Of a DNA stretch of 64,000 bases, positions 28,490-43,239 are shown in pieces. Source of the DNA: Syncephalis fuscata S228 (lineage: Eukaryota; Fungi; Zoopagomycota); NCBI GenBank assembly GCA_025786725.1, contig JAHLTZ010000001.1:558001-622000 (forward strand), written 5' to 3'. The notes below the pieces were generated by a model. The model was not told the DNA's origin, searched no databases, and saw only the letters and a program-made list of their open reading frames with translations. How positions within the stretch are numbered: position 1 is the first letter of the stretch; each line of letters opens with the position of its first letter. A program made the translations under genes and the position numbers.

Positions 28490-28641
28490 ATGAAGTACCT
28501 TGCTGTTGTATTCGCTATCGTAATCGCTGCGTGTTTGTCAATGCCTCGCCAATGCCACAACCTATCCCTGGTATGACTAATGGCGTAACGGATGCAGCCA
28601 AAGGTGTAGCGGATAAAGCTAAGGGTGTACCAAAACTGTGA
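28490..28641 (+). CDS. Small secreted peptide precursor (needs one frameshift near 28531)
   Basis: MKYLAVVFAIVIAA then, one base off, VFVNASPMPQPIPGMTNGVTDAAKGVADKAKGVPKL*. As read, a 28-aa ORF. Confidence 0.55.
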
Positions 28642-30817
28642 AGATAATTATTTGCAAGTGCGTTCTACTGGATCCACAAGACTGTAATGGCCAACTACCA
28701 TAAAAGATTACGCTGTCGAGGACAACCATGGATATAAAGCTGCTATTTATTTGTTTTAATAAAAAGGCATTCGTTTAATTGCTATATTTATTATTAATGA
28801 TTATATTTGTTGATGCATAGACTATAAACAGTACAAGTGCAGAATATTAGCTAATAGTTTTATTTAAAAAAGCAAATTTGATTTATAACGCCGCTTATAA
28901 AGAATCATAAGTGTGTATTGTTACTGTGTTTATAATATTGAAATTTATATTGTTGGTCATTAAAAATAATTTGGTTTTAATGAACCAAACTTTTTGAGAT
29001 TACGTAAGAGTCTACCGCTTTTCATATTTATTAAAATAATTTCAAATTAAATTACTGAGCTGTTTTTGTATAGATACATTGCGATTAATATAAAACAAAA
29101 TAATCCACCCAGTTGATTGCTTTATAGTTTAGCTTTAATTAATGCTGACTATTTACTATTTAGAATATATTGAATTAAATTGGTACAAAGAATAAATACA
29201 TAGTGCTAACAATTGATAAGTAAATAAACAACGTCAAAAATATTATACAGCTGTAATATTAAACTATACCATGCCGCGGTTTTATGCAAATTAACATTAA
29301 TTAGTTGTAAATTTTGTTATTTTTATTATAGGCCAATAGCAATTTATCGAGTGTTGTTACATAAAAGCCTTGAAGCTTCAAATCCGACGTATATGCATAC
29401 ATTAGGACACGTTTATATTTTAAAAAATTCCAGTTGTATTTCCATGGCTTTGAAAACAGTTTCCATCTAGATGTTATCCAGGCTTGCTTACCAAAAGACA
29501 ATCTTTTTATAATGTTTTCTATAATAAACTATTTGTTTTATCGATGTTAATAAGCTCGTTCCTATTGATATGGCATTATTAAATTGAAAAATATGCTAAA
29601 GTCTAATAAATGTTCAAGGCTGCTTTGCTGCATATCAAATCTGATACATTCAGCTTGTCAATTTGAGCATTGATTGATTTGCCTCACTTTCTATTGTACA
29701 AATAAATATAATACAAATTCTATAGTTTGATTGATTTGGTTTTTATTTTGGTTAATCGTGTTGATTCAATTAAATCTACAGCGTTTAAAATTATATTTAC
29801 ATATTAGTTTACTAACAAAGAAACAACAACAATCACGCTACAGTAGGATATAGCAAATAACTTGCCACTATCTCTGTTAGCAATTCTTGGCAGTGGGCCA
29901 CATGCAATTGACTAGTTTAGGCTATATAGCCGGTTTTATCCAGATTATGTACTAGCACTCCATGTATCTGACCATACGTGTTATATTTATGCAAAGCTAC
30001 ATTATGCAGCTATTTGTATGCGACTATCAAGTAAATAGATAGAATCACGTGGACAGTGTGTAATGGCCATTTGGGTATTTTGCTACTTGAGCAACTAGCA
30101 ATAAATAGTATAGCTGTAATACGCTCAGTTCTTGGCAAAAATAAACTAGAGTAAATCTTACAATTTTAATGAAAACGAGACATCTTGAAATGATGTATCA
30201 CGATAGTGCGACATTTAAACGTTCGGATAAATATTGCCGTCGTAATGAGCATAGGCAATAAGCATACTACAGTCACACAGAGACATAACGACGCCAATAG
30301 CCATTGAGAATGATGAAATGGTAGAGTAGCGAATAGTGAGATGATGAAATATGCAGTGTAAAAATAGCAAAGATGTGCAGCCTTTGACATGTCCTCTATC
30401 TGCACATTATGATGGACAATGCTGTTAACTTTTAAATGAGCTGTATATTCGAGATGTCCGCCGGTTTAATAACAATAAAGACTGTTTTGTTTAATCATGT
30501 CTAGCGCTATGAACAATTGATTATATCTATATTAGTACAGTACCAGGCGTAAGCAAATAATGGACTTGGCTGTGGGCCATGTGGTACATCATGCATCGTC
30601 AGGGGAATGGAAGTACGTAAGACTAGATTCGGAGTCTTGGTGGAAGATATTGGGCTGAACGGGTTGATGTCACAGAATTAAATGTCCACAACTATAAATG
30701 TGGCGCGCTATTGAGTAGGTCCTTGATATGATCTATATACACACATACGCCTAACTGTGCTTTTCGTTTATACTACTCAGTTTGCTACTGCTAAGCAACC
30801 AGTGCTATTGTGATAAC

Positions 30818-32804
30818 ATGTCTTTAACACTACAAACGCTACTCAACAACACCCCATGGCTGGAGGCTTTGAGTTTGGCCAGTGCGGGATATATAGTTTA
30901 CAAAGTAAGTGTTATTTATTACTATCGGACAGCATTCATTGACATCTGCATAGCTTATTCAACAAGAATATGTAAGCCCATTGTCGAAAATACCTGGTCC
31001 GCGTCCTTCCTCGTTTACAGAACTATACTTGGATTTGAAACGAGCCTATAGGCTTCAACGTTCAGACTTTATAGAGATTCATGAACGTTATGGCCCTATA
31101 GTTCGCACGGGTAAGCAATCATAAAGTTGCATTTGAAACACTGCAATTAATTATAAATTACTATTCAGGACCTAATACACTTTGGGTGGCAAGTGCTGCA
31201 TCCATTCGAAAGGTCAACGGCTCGTATCAGTATGTCAAAGGTACTGATTATGCCACAAATCGTATTGGTGGTGAAAACGTACTCAATACCAGAGATGTTG
31301 ATTATCATCGAATTCAAGTGAGTAGATGTGCTAATAATTTAAATAAACTGATTTACTATTAGAAACGATTAATGATGCCCGCTTATACACCGAGTGCGCT
31401 TAATGACCTAGAACCACTGATTTACGAAATCGGTATTGCTCGTCTTATCGAAAGGCTCAATGACCACGCCGATGCTGGACATTCCGTTGATTTGATGAAT
31501 CTATTAAAGAACATGACTTTTGTAAGTGACTGCAATTATAATTGTCGATTTCTTACATTATATCCAGGATACCATTGGCGAAGTTGGCTTTGGTAAAAGC
31601 TTTGGACTTCTTGAAGAGAAGCAAGAGCGCCATCCGATTATAGATTGGATGGGTAACAGAATCCTATTTGCTGTTACGGTAGGTACTAATTTATCGCTTG
31701 TTACTATTTACTAATCGGCAATAGAGAGCCGTCTTTGGAAGATTCTTTATTTCCGATTTGTTCCCTAGTCTCAAGAGGGATATCAAAGCACTGGATGATG
31801 TAAGTATCAGAAATTTGTGCTTTATTTACTGTAGATTAACACTTCATTTAGTATGCGGTAGAAGCTATTGAAAAAAGAAGACAAATGGGCGATAGTGGAA
31901 GAAAAGATACATTGCAACAGTTGATCGAAGCTTTCGATGCTGAAACTGGCACCAGATTATCGACTGAGAATATTATGGCTGAAGTAATTCTACTGATGTA
32001 GGTCATAGGCATTTTAACTTTATAGTCATCTAATGGATCTTGCTATTTAGGATTGCTGGCACAGATACCACAGCTCTTACTATCACATGGTAAGCAATAC
32101 GCTTATGTTAGCTTGTTCAATTTTAACATATTCACTTTTAGGACCATGTATTTCTTAATCTCAAATCCCGAGTACTATCAACGACTTGCTGATGAAATCA
32201 AAAGTGTATATCCTGATCCAAATACCCGTGCTAGCCATAAAGACACTCTGACCATGACCTACTTGGATGCTGTGCTTCACGAATCGATGCGCATCCAGCC
32301 TATTGTCCCACATGGCATGCCACGCATTGTTCCTGAAGGAGGCACCACGTTAGATGGCTACTTTGTTCCCGGTGGTGTAAGTTAATGATTAGCTATAATA
32401 TTGTTAGCATCCTTACATTTTACAATATAGACTACCGTGATGGTGTCCATTGGCGTTATGCAAATGAACAAAGATGTTTTCCCTGAACCACACGTGTTCC
32501 GTCCCGAACGCTGGCTTGATGCGTCGCCTGAGCAGCTAACTGTGATGAAGCAGCACTTTGCACCATTCTCTGTTGGCCCTCGTGCCTGTCTTGGCCGCAA
32601 GTAAGTAATATGATCAAATTACACAAGCTATACATTAATCATATATCGATTAGTTTGGCCTGGATGGAGCTTCGTTTGACGCTCGTTGAGTTGGTGCGTC
32701 GCTTCACGTTTGTCGCATCACCCAAGAATGACATGGAACCTTTTTACCAAAGTTTTGTATGCCCAAAAAGTAGAAATTTTATAGTGGAGCCATCGCGTGT
32801 CTAA
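30818..32804 (+). CDS. Cytochrome P450, multi-exon
   Basis: [20 protein letters not shown]-helix AGTDTT, ESMR (ExxR), FRPERW and heme motif [10 protein letters not shown]. Confidence 0.95.
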
Positions 32805-33484
32805 GCCTTTAAATGACTATATCTTTATCACTATTCATTACTGTTTTACTATACATAAAGCATAAATAAGTAACATTTGTTGTTTTAACTAGCGTGTCTA
32901 TCTACATTTTATTATAAATATAGTAAGTGTCAATGGCATAAAATTTTAAGCATAAGTTGATTTATCTGCTACTAATTAGAAATACATAATAAATATAACA
33001 TTCCTGTATAAATAACATTTAAAAAACTGCTTTACACTATGGTTGGAATAGCATTGCTAGAGTTGGCAAACTATAATTTGTATTTTTTATCTCCAGTGAT
33101 ATAACTAATTAATAATATTATTAATACAAGTGTTAACAAAAATAATATACTTAGTTTGACATTCATGTAGACAAGCTAGTCTAGCTTATTTATAGTTTCC
33201 AAGTATAACTATACTTTTTACAATTGCTTGCCATATGTGATGCATGTTCTCTTGATTTTTCCTAATTTGTTTTAAGCTTCTTGTAAACTATCGAGCTGTA
33301 TTTTCAAATATGTTTTCACAGCTTTGATATGCCATTGTCACAAATAAACTATTATTACAAAAATACTAGGCATTTAAAAGTTACATGATATATATATTCA
33401 GAATACACAGCTAACATGTATTTACTATAAATATGAGTATGGCTGTCTATTAATAAAGTATTGGTTTTCAAAACCAATAGCATT

Positions 33485-34076
33485 TTATTGTTTTTTAGTC
33501 GACTGTTTTTTAATCAACTGTTTTACGATCGAAACTTCTCTATCTATGATAAAACATTTTGTTCCATCTCGACCTTCAAGAGTATCAATGACAATATCCT
33601 TTGGATAAACATCGTAAAGATCCTGTTTTAATAATGATTATCAGTTTTGTACGGTTATTGTTATATAAAACCTGCCTGGTACTTCTTAAAAAGGTCTTTG
33701 TCTGATTTCGAATCTGGCCGACATGCAATTCTAACTGGAGCTGCATCTTTGAATCTAAGATAATCTGCGACGTCCGGACTGGCCAGAAGATCTAAAAGAA
33801 CATCCTTAGCCCGAATTGAAAGCACAAAACCCATATCATCAGCATATATTGAAAGGCCTTTAAATCTGATACCACGTTGAGTAAATGGACTAGCTGGATC
33901 ATTGTTTTTATATCCCATGAATGCTATATAAACAATGTTAGTAGAATAAATTGGGTAAATTAGGGCAATTACTTACTAAGTCCATCCATTCGATCGATAC
34001 GAGGAAGACTAGGCGCAGATTGAGTGGTCGATACCAGCATGAGTGCAGTAGCAGCGATAGTAAGAATTGATTTCAT
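33485..34076 (-). CDS. Hypothetical secreted protein, 3 exons
   Basis: Signal peptide MKSILTIAATALMLVSTTQSA; canonical introns near 33930-33976 and 33625-33673; ends ...KQSTKKQ*. Confidence 0.6.
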
Positions 34077-35427
34077 TGTAAACATGATTTTGGCAAGGTT
34101 CAATCTTTAAATAGAAGTTGACTTTTTGTAGATCTAGTACATGTAGAAAAAATATAAAGTTATGGTTAAACAAATAAATATGTCAAAAAAATGCAGGCAT
34201 TTACAGTAAAATACATTATGCGATAGTCAATATATTTACTATGAAGCAAAAAATACACTATGCACGTGCTTGAGTAGAATCCATGACATCAACTCATGGA
34301 AATAAACTGAAAGCAGCAATCTCCGTTATTCAAATATGGAATTTAAAATATAAATGTTATAAATAGCACTCTCATTTCCATATATGTATACACATATATA
34401 TATTAGATAGTACAAAATGAGTAAAATGCAATTTAATGTAGTAATGCCATCTTTATTTGATTGCCGTTTTTAAATATCGATATGAAAATTTTTACGTTAA
34501 TTTTTTATAGGCGTTATGATTAAATTATCTTTTTTTGTAATACTAATTGATACTTGGATAAAGATTTTATAAATGTAAAATGTCATACGATAGTTTACGT
34601 TGCTGATCATTCATATGAAACTATTTTACCAAACTATTTATAATCTAATAGTATCTAACTATTATATGTGTAGGATTGCGTATGCGATAGAAATATTTTA
34701 AGCAGCCTCGACTATTTGTAGGTTCAAACATATAGATATTTTATTGATAATGCTAAATTATAAAGTTATTTATCATTATTTTTAGTTAAACATGTAACTA
34801 TGATTTCTTAGCTCTAGTCAATGCTAGAATCAATTGATCTACTTATACAGTATAGCTTTAATACACTAGTAAGTTATGAATTGGATACAAATTATGCGAT
34901 GGACCTGCTGTGTTAAGCTGGTGATCACATATCATGAACCAGTACCAATTTTTATGTAAATATTCGCTTAGGTAGTGGCAATGTAACATTAAGTTTACAC
35001 AATTTTATAAATAGCACTGAGCTAGTCAAACAACTCAATCAGTTCTTTATATACTTTTATCAGCAGTTTTATATTATTCAAGCTGTTGCTATTAAACCTT
35101 TAGCATTTACGGAAACATGCTTTTGCCCCGGTAGGTATTGTTATATAGCATCCCATGAACCGATAATTTAAACATGGCAAATCTGAGCTGTATATTTTAC
35201 AAAGCAATCAACTACCACATCACTAATCAAACATTGTTAATAACATCCGCTCAGTTTGTTTGATAAAATATTTAACTAGTTTGGTAACACGTTTAATAAC
35301 TATACTTCACCACAGACAAATATAGAATAGCTCGCCTGACGTATCCCACGCCCCCACAATTCATTTCGCTTCATAACAAACACATACTTATTGCTTTCTA
35401 TCGCAACTGGTCACCGCCTTGTTTACT

Positions 35428-36674
35428 ATGCATCGAGTACAGCTAAAATATTTTGTCCGTCATAGAACGACACAACTTCAGCCTTTGGCGACTCCATTGA
35501 CTATTCAATGTCTAAATAATTGTCGTCATTACTCTTCTTCCCGTAAGCTATTTAATAATAATAACAATAACAGTAAACCAGTATGATATGAATAACCAAT
35601 ATTTTGACAAAATATAGCAATTATCGAAACAATGGATTCTAATAAGGTAAATATGTTTATTTCTAGTTTCTATTGATACCAATTTCTGTATAGACCATTG
35701 GATTTATCGGACTGGGCCAAATGGGCTTTCGCATGGCCAATAACATACTGAAGAAAAGCAAGGGACGCTTTGTTATCCATGATGCCGCACCGGCTGCACT
35801 CGAACATTTTCGTCGGTCCATCGTCGAGGATGAACTACGTAATCGCATTGACGTGCCTGGCAGTAGTCGGGCAGTAGCTGAACAGGCGGATATTATTATC
35901 ACAATGCTACCTGAATCAGATCACGTCCACACCGCTTACTGTGGCGAAGGCGGTATTCTTGAAGGTCTAAAGAAAGGAGCGCTATGCATTGATTCAAGCA
36001 CTATTGCGCCAGCTGTCTCAAAAACAGTATCAACCGCTGTTATAGAACAAGGCGGTGGCGCAATAGATGCACCTGTGTCAGGCGGTACGTCATAACATAG
36101 CGCGTATACACTACACATACTAATCCACCATCTATCTAGGCGTTGGTGGTGCGCAGGCCGGTACGCTTACCTTTATGGTTGGTGGATCAGAAGCCGATTT
36201 TAACGCAGCTCGTCCCTATTTGCAAGCCATGGGCAAGAATATCGTGCACTGTGGCGGTTTGGCACAGGTCAGGTGGCCAAAATCTGCAACAATATGCTAC
36301 TAGGCATATCGATGCTTGGCACGGCCGAAACTATGCGTCTAGGCGTGCGTCTTGGTATGGATCCCAATCTGCTTGCTGGTGTGCTAAATACGTCAACTGG
36401 TCGCTGTTGGTCCTCCGACACCTACAATCCATATCCCGGTGTCATAGAAAGTGCACCAAGCAGTTTAGGCTATGAGGGCGGCTTTGCCACACCACTCATG
36501 GCTAAAGATATGCGACTTGCGGTAGAAGCGGCTGCACAGTCGCACACCACCATACTACTAGGTTCGACAGCAGCCCAAGTCTATGGACAAGTATCGCGTA
36601 CACCAGAGATTGGCAATAAGGATTTTTCTGTCGTCTATAAATGGATTAGTCAACAGGAACCTCTAAAGGAATAG
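35428..36674 (+). CDS. 3-hydroxyisobutyrate dehydrogenase
   Basis: IGFIGLGQMG, IITMLP, IDSSTI, DAPVSGG, AKICNNMLL, GRCWSSDTYNP and MAKDMRLA; apparent frameshift near 36260. Confidence 0.92.
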
Positions 36675-37312
36675 TTTTACTTTCTACACTCGTCGACCGG
36701 TTTATTACCAAGAATGAACTTTTTGCCCACTTATAATAGTAATGGCTTAGAGTAAAAGAAATAAATAGGCTATTCGAGTTTTTCAAACACCAAATATAAA
36801 CCATCATAGCATGTGCAATTACAGAACTTACCTCCTCTTCATTTTCCATGATGATGCTATTATCCACGTGCACAATAATTTATTAGATGTTGATGGAACA
36901 CCAGTTTTTACTGAGTCGAAAAAAACCTGCCATATACAGAGGGTTCCTTTCCTATCGTGTGTTTAATTGCTTAATTTGTGTAGGACCAGCGCAGCACCAA
37001 AGTCAGCCATACACCACGTGAACACACTTGAATGATGATTTTTCCGGCGGTCGTTGATCTCGTTTGTTACCCCAATGAATTAGTAGCAAGAAACGCTAAA
37101 TATAACCAGATATCATACTTTTACATTAGTTCTTTTGCTATTTGTCTTTTGTCACGATTTGCTTTACTTGCCACTTTTACACACTATTCCCCCTCTCTAA
37201 CTATCACTTACGAATTTTAACGACAGTAAACATAACATCACAGTATTCAGTATTCCAACAGCCAGTTTATTTACGCTTACACAGGCACGGTATTTGAGTG
37301 ATAAGCACTACA

Positions 37313-38465
37313 ATGAAACCAATTGGCCTATTTACTTTCCTACTTCCCACCCTATCACTTGTAACGCCGTTAGTTGCCGGCTTTGAATTCTTTGACGGAT
37401 TATCCGCCACATTTGATGCTTTTGGATCAAAGAGATGCGCTAATCATATACTGCGTATTACCGCCATTGAGGTGGCCAAGCGAGTTATTGGTTTAACGCC
37501 TATGACACCAGACGAGGCAGTTGATGCTTATACGCATCTTGCCTCCACGCTTGTTATGAAGGATGAGCGTGTTACTAAGGATAACATTCTTGGTAGGTGC
37601 TATTGTGGTGGACACTTACCAATTGACTAACTATCGTTGGTTAGATTATTCACAAATATTCCGCTATTCTACCTATGCCGGTGCCGCTTATTGCGATGAA
37701 GTACAAGCCCATCGCATTAGTGGTCTGCGACTTGGTAATCAGGGCGAAGTCTCTGTGCTTGATAGCGGTCGCATCAGCATGTGGACGATGAACGCAACGA
37801 ATAATTTTTACATTTCCGTCGCCGACAATACACAAACCATCACGTTGGTTTTCCGTGGCACAAGCAGCCGAACTGACCGAAATTTGGTTGTCGATGGTAA
37901 GGTCATTGCACCGGAGACCGAATACTTTCCTGGTGTACCAGCCAGTCATACAGTATTTGCTGGTATGTATCGCGGTGCCGTTACACAGTTTGCTGCAGCT
38001 GAATCGGTCCTGTTGGAGCACGTGAAGAAGCACCCAAACTATGGCATTGTCATCACGGGACACTCACTTGGTGGCACCTACGCCAAACTATTTGCCCTTT
38101 ACCTCGAGTTGAAAGATGCTAAACTGCCCATTGATGCCATCTACACGTTCGAGGAGCCGATTACCGGTACGACGCTCTTTTCGACGTGGGCTGCCGAACA
38201 TCTAGGCCTCGACCGATACATTCGCATCACCGTAAGTAATGATGTCGTGCCTAATATGCGACAGGGTCGTCATGGCGAATATGGCCACTCGACCAAAGGT
38301 ATTGAAATGTACTATCCCTATGCTGAAAGCTTCAAAGCACGACGCTGTGACTCGATTGCCGATAGACGGTGCAGCATCTCTGTTCCATGCACGAGACTCA
38401 GCTGGGATAGTCACGCTACACTGGGTGGTTTCCAATATGCCAATGATATGTGCATCCTTGCGTAA
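37313..38465 (+). CDS. Secreted class 3 lipase (alpha/beta hydrolase)
   Basis: Signal peptide, YAGAAYC, LVFRGT, TGHSLGG, YTFEEP and NDVVP; one intron at ~37594-37644. Confidence 0.9.
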
Positions 38466-39179
38466 CAATATTGGTCAGTGTCTATCGACCCTTTATTTAT
38501 GTTGTAAGGTTCCCATTTATCATAACTATCCATACCAATAACAATTTCTTCTTTTTGTTTTTCTATCGATATAAATTACTGCTATAACAAGGTAGTTAGT
38601 TTACAATGGCTTTAAGCATGGTAGATCATTCTATTTTGACGCCTCGTACTAGTATATGGCTAGATACGTAGGCATCAATAGCATAACAGGCCGATAGAAC
38701 AAATATAAATTGCTAAGATTCAATGGTGTTAAACAATTATATTAAAAACAATACATTTAATACACAGCTACTTATTAAAAGGAAGCTACTTTTTTTATGC
38801 CCCTATCCTTAAACTGGGACAAAAATATCAATAATCTGAATAATAAATCGTCAATCAGTTTTTACTACTGAGAAGGGGTTTGTTGAAGCAGTGCCACATC
38901 AACTCCGATTGAATTAACCAGAAATGAGCCAGTCCGCGCTATTTTCAATATCGAAATAAATAAATAGTATTTCATGCTATTTACAATAGAATATAATAGA
39001 TAGATAAATGTTAATTCATGTTATTGTTGCTGTAAAGTATTCAAAGCATTATAATTTGATATTTAATGGCACTCACCATCCAGTTCCATGTTTAGTAGAA
39101 TAACAAATGCGTAGTTCAATCAAGTAAAAAATGTTAGCTTTGATCTTTTGACACTAAATTACAAAAGTCTGTTTATTAA

Positions 39180-39851
39180 TTATTAAATAAAAAGAGCTAC
39201 TGTACTTTAACTCCCACATTTTTATTTACTCATTTCATCTCTCAGCACTTTTAAATACCATTAAACATTCACTCATTACTATTACATGTACAAGATTACA
39301 TTCAGCATTAATTAACTCATGTGTAATTATCAATACAATAATGTAATGTAATTAGTTATTTTATTATTGTTTTAATATATACATTGTCATTATGATATTA
39401 ATTGTTTAAATGTCATTTATTTAGTCAGATTGACTATAGGGAAAGTGGCTGTTTAATAAACGACATTTGTATTAATTATATTGATTTTGAGCTTACATTG
39501 CAAATATGCCCAAAATGCAACAGTAGAATATTAGAAAATAGAAGAGGCCATTCAGATGCAATAATCCATGTTGTACATAGATGCAATAACAACAAATGCG
39601 GAATGACATGGAATTACAATTATATGTCTTTTATTAATATTTAAGCAATCTTTCTACACATGGCCAACAACAACAATAATCAGCCTCAAATGTTTCAATG
39701 AAATCAAATGGTATGTTATATTATTTATTTAAATTAATTTATTAACAATGTTTTAATAGGAAGTAATATAACTATGTTGTGCATAACGGCATGACTTTGT
39801 TTAAAATGAATTGTGCTTTGGAAACTTAAAATGTGGGAGTCAAAGTAAAGT
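39180..39851 (+). mobile_element. Degenerate repeat family A with 24-bp inverted repeats (MITE-like / transposon remnant)
   Basis: actgtactttaactcccacatttt (39199-39222) matches the reverse complement of 39828-39851 at 22/24; inverted homologue at 43240-43770; contains a CPKC...C...C zinc-ribbon-like fragment. Confidence 0.6.
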
Positions 39852-40007
39852 TCAACCAAGAGTGTCTAATTAATGTAATTATAAAGCGTATTAATTGTGC
39901 TATTATTACTGTTAACATTTTAGCACATTATAATCGTTTTAATATATAAAAATATCATTGTTATTTTATTTCTGCCTAGCTGATAAACTATTATATTATA
40001 ACTACTA

Positions 40008-41692
40008 TCATTTCTTCACCACTTGCACTACGTCATGATCTTCAACGATATGCGACAAACCAACACGTTGTGGATCGTGTTTTGTTGATTTGCCCTATTA
40101 ATATTTATTAATATACTAAGAGCTTGTTTTATTTATTGTCACCTACCCAGACCAAAGCGTATTTAAATTGATCAGCAAGTGTTCGATGGATAGCATGGCA
40201 CTAGATATAAAGTATTAGTGCAGGCCATTTGTTTACTATTGCACATCATCCATCTCTACTACTTACTACATGATCAATGGTAGCGTTACGGCGTACAATT
40301 AAACCATCATTAAAGTCAGGTAATTCTAAATAACCATTAGCGTTAATTATATTAATATAAACAACTTACCACCACGCCGCTTAGTATAAATCATCATCAG
40401 GTTAAGATGTTCCCAAATCTGGTCGACCAAATATTCTAGATTCAAGTTTTGCTCACAACTAATCTTATATTAACTTTTATTAATTAATAAATAAGATGAC
40501 CTACCTAACAACAACGCTATGAGGCTCTCGAGCCAATCGATCCACTTCTTCCAAACTAATTTGATCAATCTTGTTAAAACACTAAAATAAACGCGTGTAA
40601 GATTGGATAATTCTATTAAACACACTTTACATACATAAAGACAGGTGACATATTTACGATTGCCGAGAACGACGTCAATAAATTCATCGACGGTACAATC
40701 CTCACGAATAAGTACTTCGGCATTAAATATTTCTAATAGTTAAATTAATATTAGTATTTTTGCGTTTTGGTATACCTATTACACTTACTATAATCGTGTA
40801 GAATAGTGTACACAAGTTTCTCATTGATCTTTGTCAATTTGCAAGTGGCATTAAATGTTAATCCGCCACCTTTTTTAATCTAAAAAAATATGATTAATTA
40901 ATCAACGGTATGATGGCTTATTACAATATTCGCCTACTTTAAAATAGATATTGGGTGGTTTTTTATTCAAACGGATACCGACTGCCTCTAGCTCTATCTC
41001 AAGCAATTCGCTACAACATAATATAGTCAGTAATCTATAGCTTAATCAAGCTCAATTTCCTACCGTTGTCTATCACTCTTGGTTGCATCAAGCATCATGA
41101 GCACAAGATCGGCTGTCTTGGCCACTGCTACAACTTGTCGACCACGTCCTTTACCCTGTGCAGCACCTTCGATAATACCGGGCAAATCAAGCAACTGGAT
41201 ATTGGCACCGTGATACTGAATCTTGCCAGGAATACAGGTAAGCGTGGTAAATTCGTAGGCGGCTGCTTCAGACTCGGTGTTTGTAAGGCGCGATAGCAGC
41301 GTCGATTTACCGACAGACGGGAAACCGATCATAGCCACACGTGCATCGCCGCTTTTCATCACATCGAAACCTTCGCCCTGTCAAAGTGGCAAGTTGGTTA
41401 GTTGGTTGGTTGGTTATTGATTACGATACGTCGTTAGATAGTTGCGAATATAAATAGCTACACATTGCGTATACTACTGCTTACCTTGGCACCACCACTT
41501 TTCGTAGGCTCCAACAGCTGAAGACGGTATTTTGCAAGCTTTGCTTTGAGCAAACCAAGATGGTACTCGGTAGCTAGTTTCATTCATCAATATAACTGCA
41601 GAAAAAACATATTATCCGTAGTAGATACCTTTATTCTTTTGAGTTCGAGCAATCTCTCGCTCAATCTCTGCGATCTTCTCCAGTACTCCCAT
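40008..41692 (-). CDS. RBG2: Developmentally regulated GTP-binding protein DRG2
   Basis: [62 protein letters not shown] and a C-terminal TGS domain. Confidence 0.95.
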
Positions 41693-42462
41693 TGTGCTAA
41701 ATGGTTAATAAAACTATGCAAATAAAGCTAATGGCAACAAGTATCGGTCAAGGGCCTACGTATAGATTCATTGGCTATAACAAAACTATTAGTCATATTT
41801 TCACATTCTTAACAAAAGCATTAGATTTTATAATGATCACTTTACACACTTTTTTAAATTGAGCTTTACGTTAATCCCCAGAGTAGTAAATCTTTTTACG
41901 CAATCAATTGTAACGATTTAAATAGTTGACAAGTTGATTAGATCAAAGTGTTTAAACAATTATGGAGCAATATTTAATTATATATACAAAGGCGTAGTTT
42001 AGAATAGATATGTTTACAAGTATTTTATTTAACATTCAATAAACACTGTTGTTCATATCTGAATCTAATGCTTAAAGTTTAGCTGTCAATTATAATATCA
42101 TATTCTACAATAATAACATTTGTTTATGCATTGATGTCCATCCTTCTTATTTTACCAGTGATATTGTTTGTTATCTATTCTTCTTATTACGCTCATTGCT
42201 TTATTGTTGACATTGTTTTATGAATATATTTGCTTTTATGCTATTGATTTTTATTCTTTCTTTTATTCCATTATTTAAACAATTCCCTCATCTGTATTTT
42301 AATTTGTTCATAGTCTTTTTATGTATAATGTCATTCGATTTGTGGATTGTATATATTACATTGATTATTAATTAAATAAAGATAATGTTTTTATATTAAA
42401 CAATTTATTAGTCATTTGATGTGATTTGATAATCAAATGACTAAATTTAATAACATCCAATT

Positions 42463-43200
42463 TATTGAACATGATAATGGGTGGTGAGTGGCATCAATTA
42501 TCAAATACTCATCATTGTAGCTTTATTGTCCAATATGCATATATCCACCATTTACCTATATCATCCCCATTCTGTACCACACTATTATATATCATTCTAC
42601 GATATAATAGACACATTCTATTGCTTATATGTTTCATTGCACTTCACTCATTCCATTCATTGCATTATATGCACTGTAACTTTAACATCGTTCCGTATAC
42701 TTTCTTACCGTACATTTATCATTTTATATACTATTCTATATTCGCCTAGCCTTCTTCTATCCAAAACTATTTTATTTTTGTTCTAGCTTTATTATTAAGA
42801 AAGTTCGACTAATTCCGCTCATCTGTTCATGCATATATGCTCAATAACTTCAACACTGCTAATCTCGTTCAATATTGCATATTCATTATAGTGTTTATCA
42901 TTTATTATATATTGACTATACGCTGTCTATAGCCGTTGTCTATGGTTCTAACTTTTTTTATTAATAAAATTAACTTATCGCACTTAGTTTGTTCACTGAG
43001 TTATATTGATAAAACAGATAATATGGATATGAACGGGTTATGTTTTATTAAGAATATTTATAAATAAATTAGATCATGTCAATTAGCTATAATTTTAATG
43101 TTAAGCAAAACAGAGTGACAGATATACATAATAATACATACTACAATAATATATGCATACTGGATAATGAATCTACATTGATGAGTATTTAATAATTAAT
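42463..43200. mobile_element. MITE-like element, family B copy 1
   Basis: 42463-42830 is homologous to 61299-61680; the left end (…aaatactcatcattgtag…caatatgcatat) is inverted at ~43150-43200. Confidence 0.6.
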
Positions 43201-43239
43201 CTTCCTACACATAGCCAACAATGATTGGTCTTAAATGTA

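Noticed and set aside
28490-38465. P450 + lipase + dehydrogenase as a biosynthetic cluster
   Set aside because: No backbone synthase or transporter; HIBADH is a valine-catabolism enzyme.
42465-42786. Hydrophobic ORFs paralogous to 61479-61862
   Set aside because: Frames are not conserved between copies; they lie inside an AT-rich MITE-like repeat.
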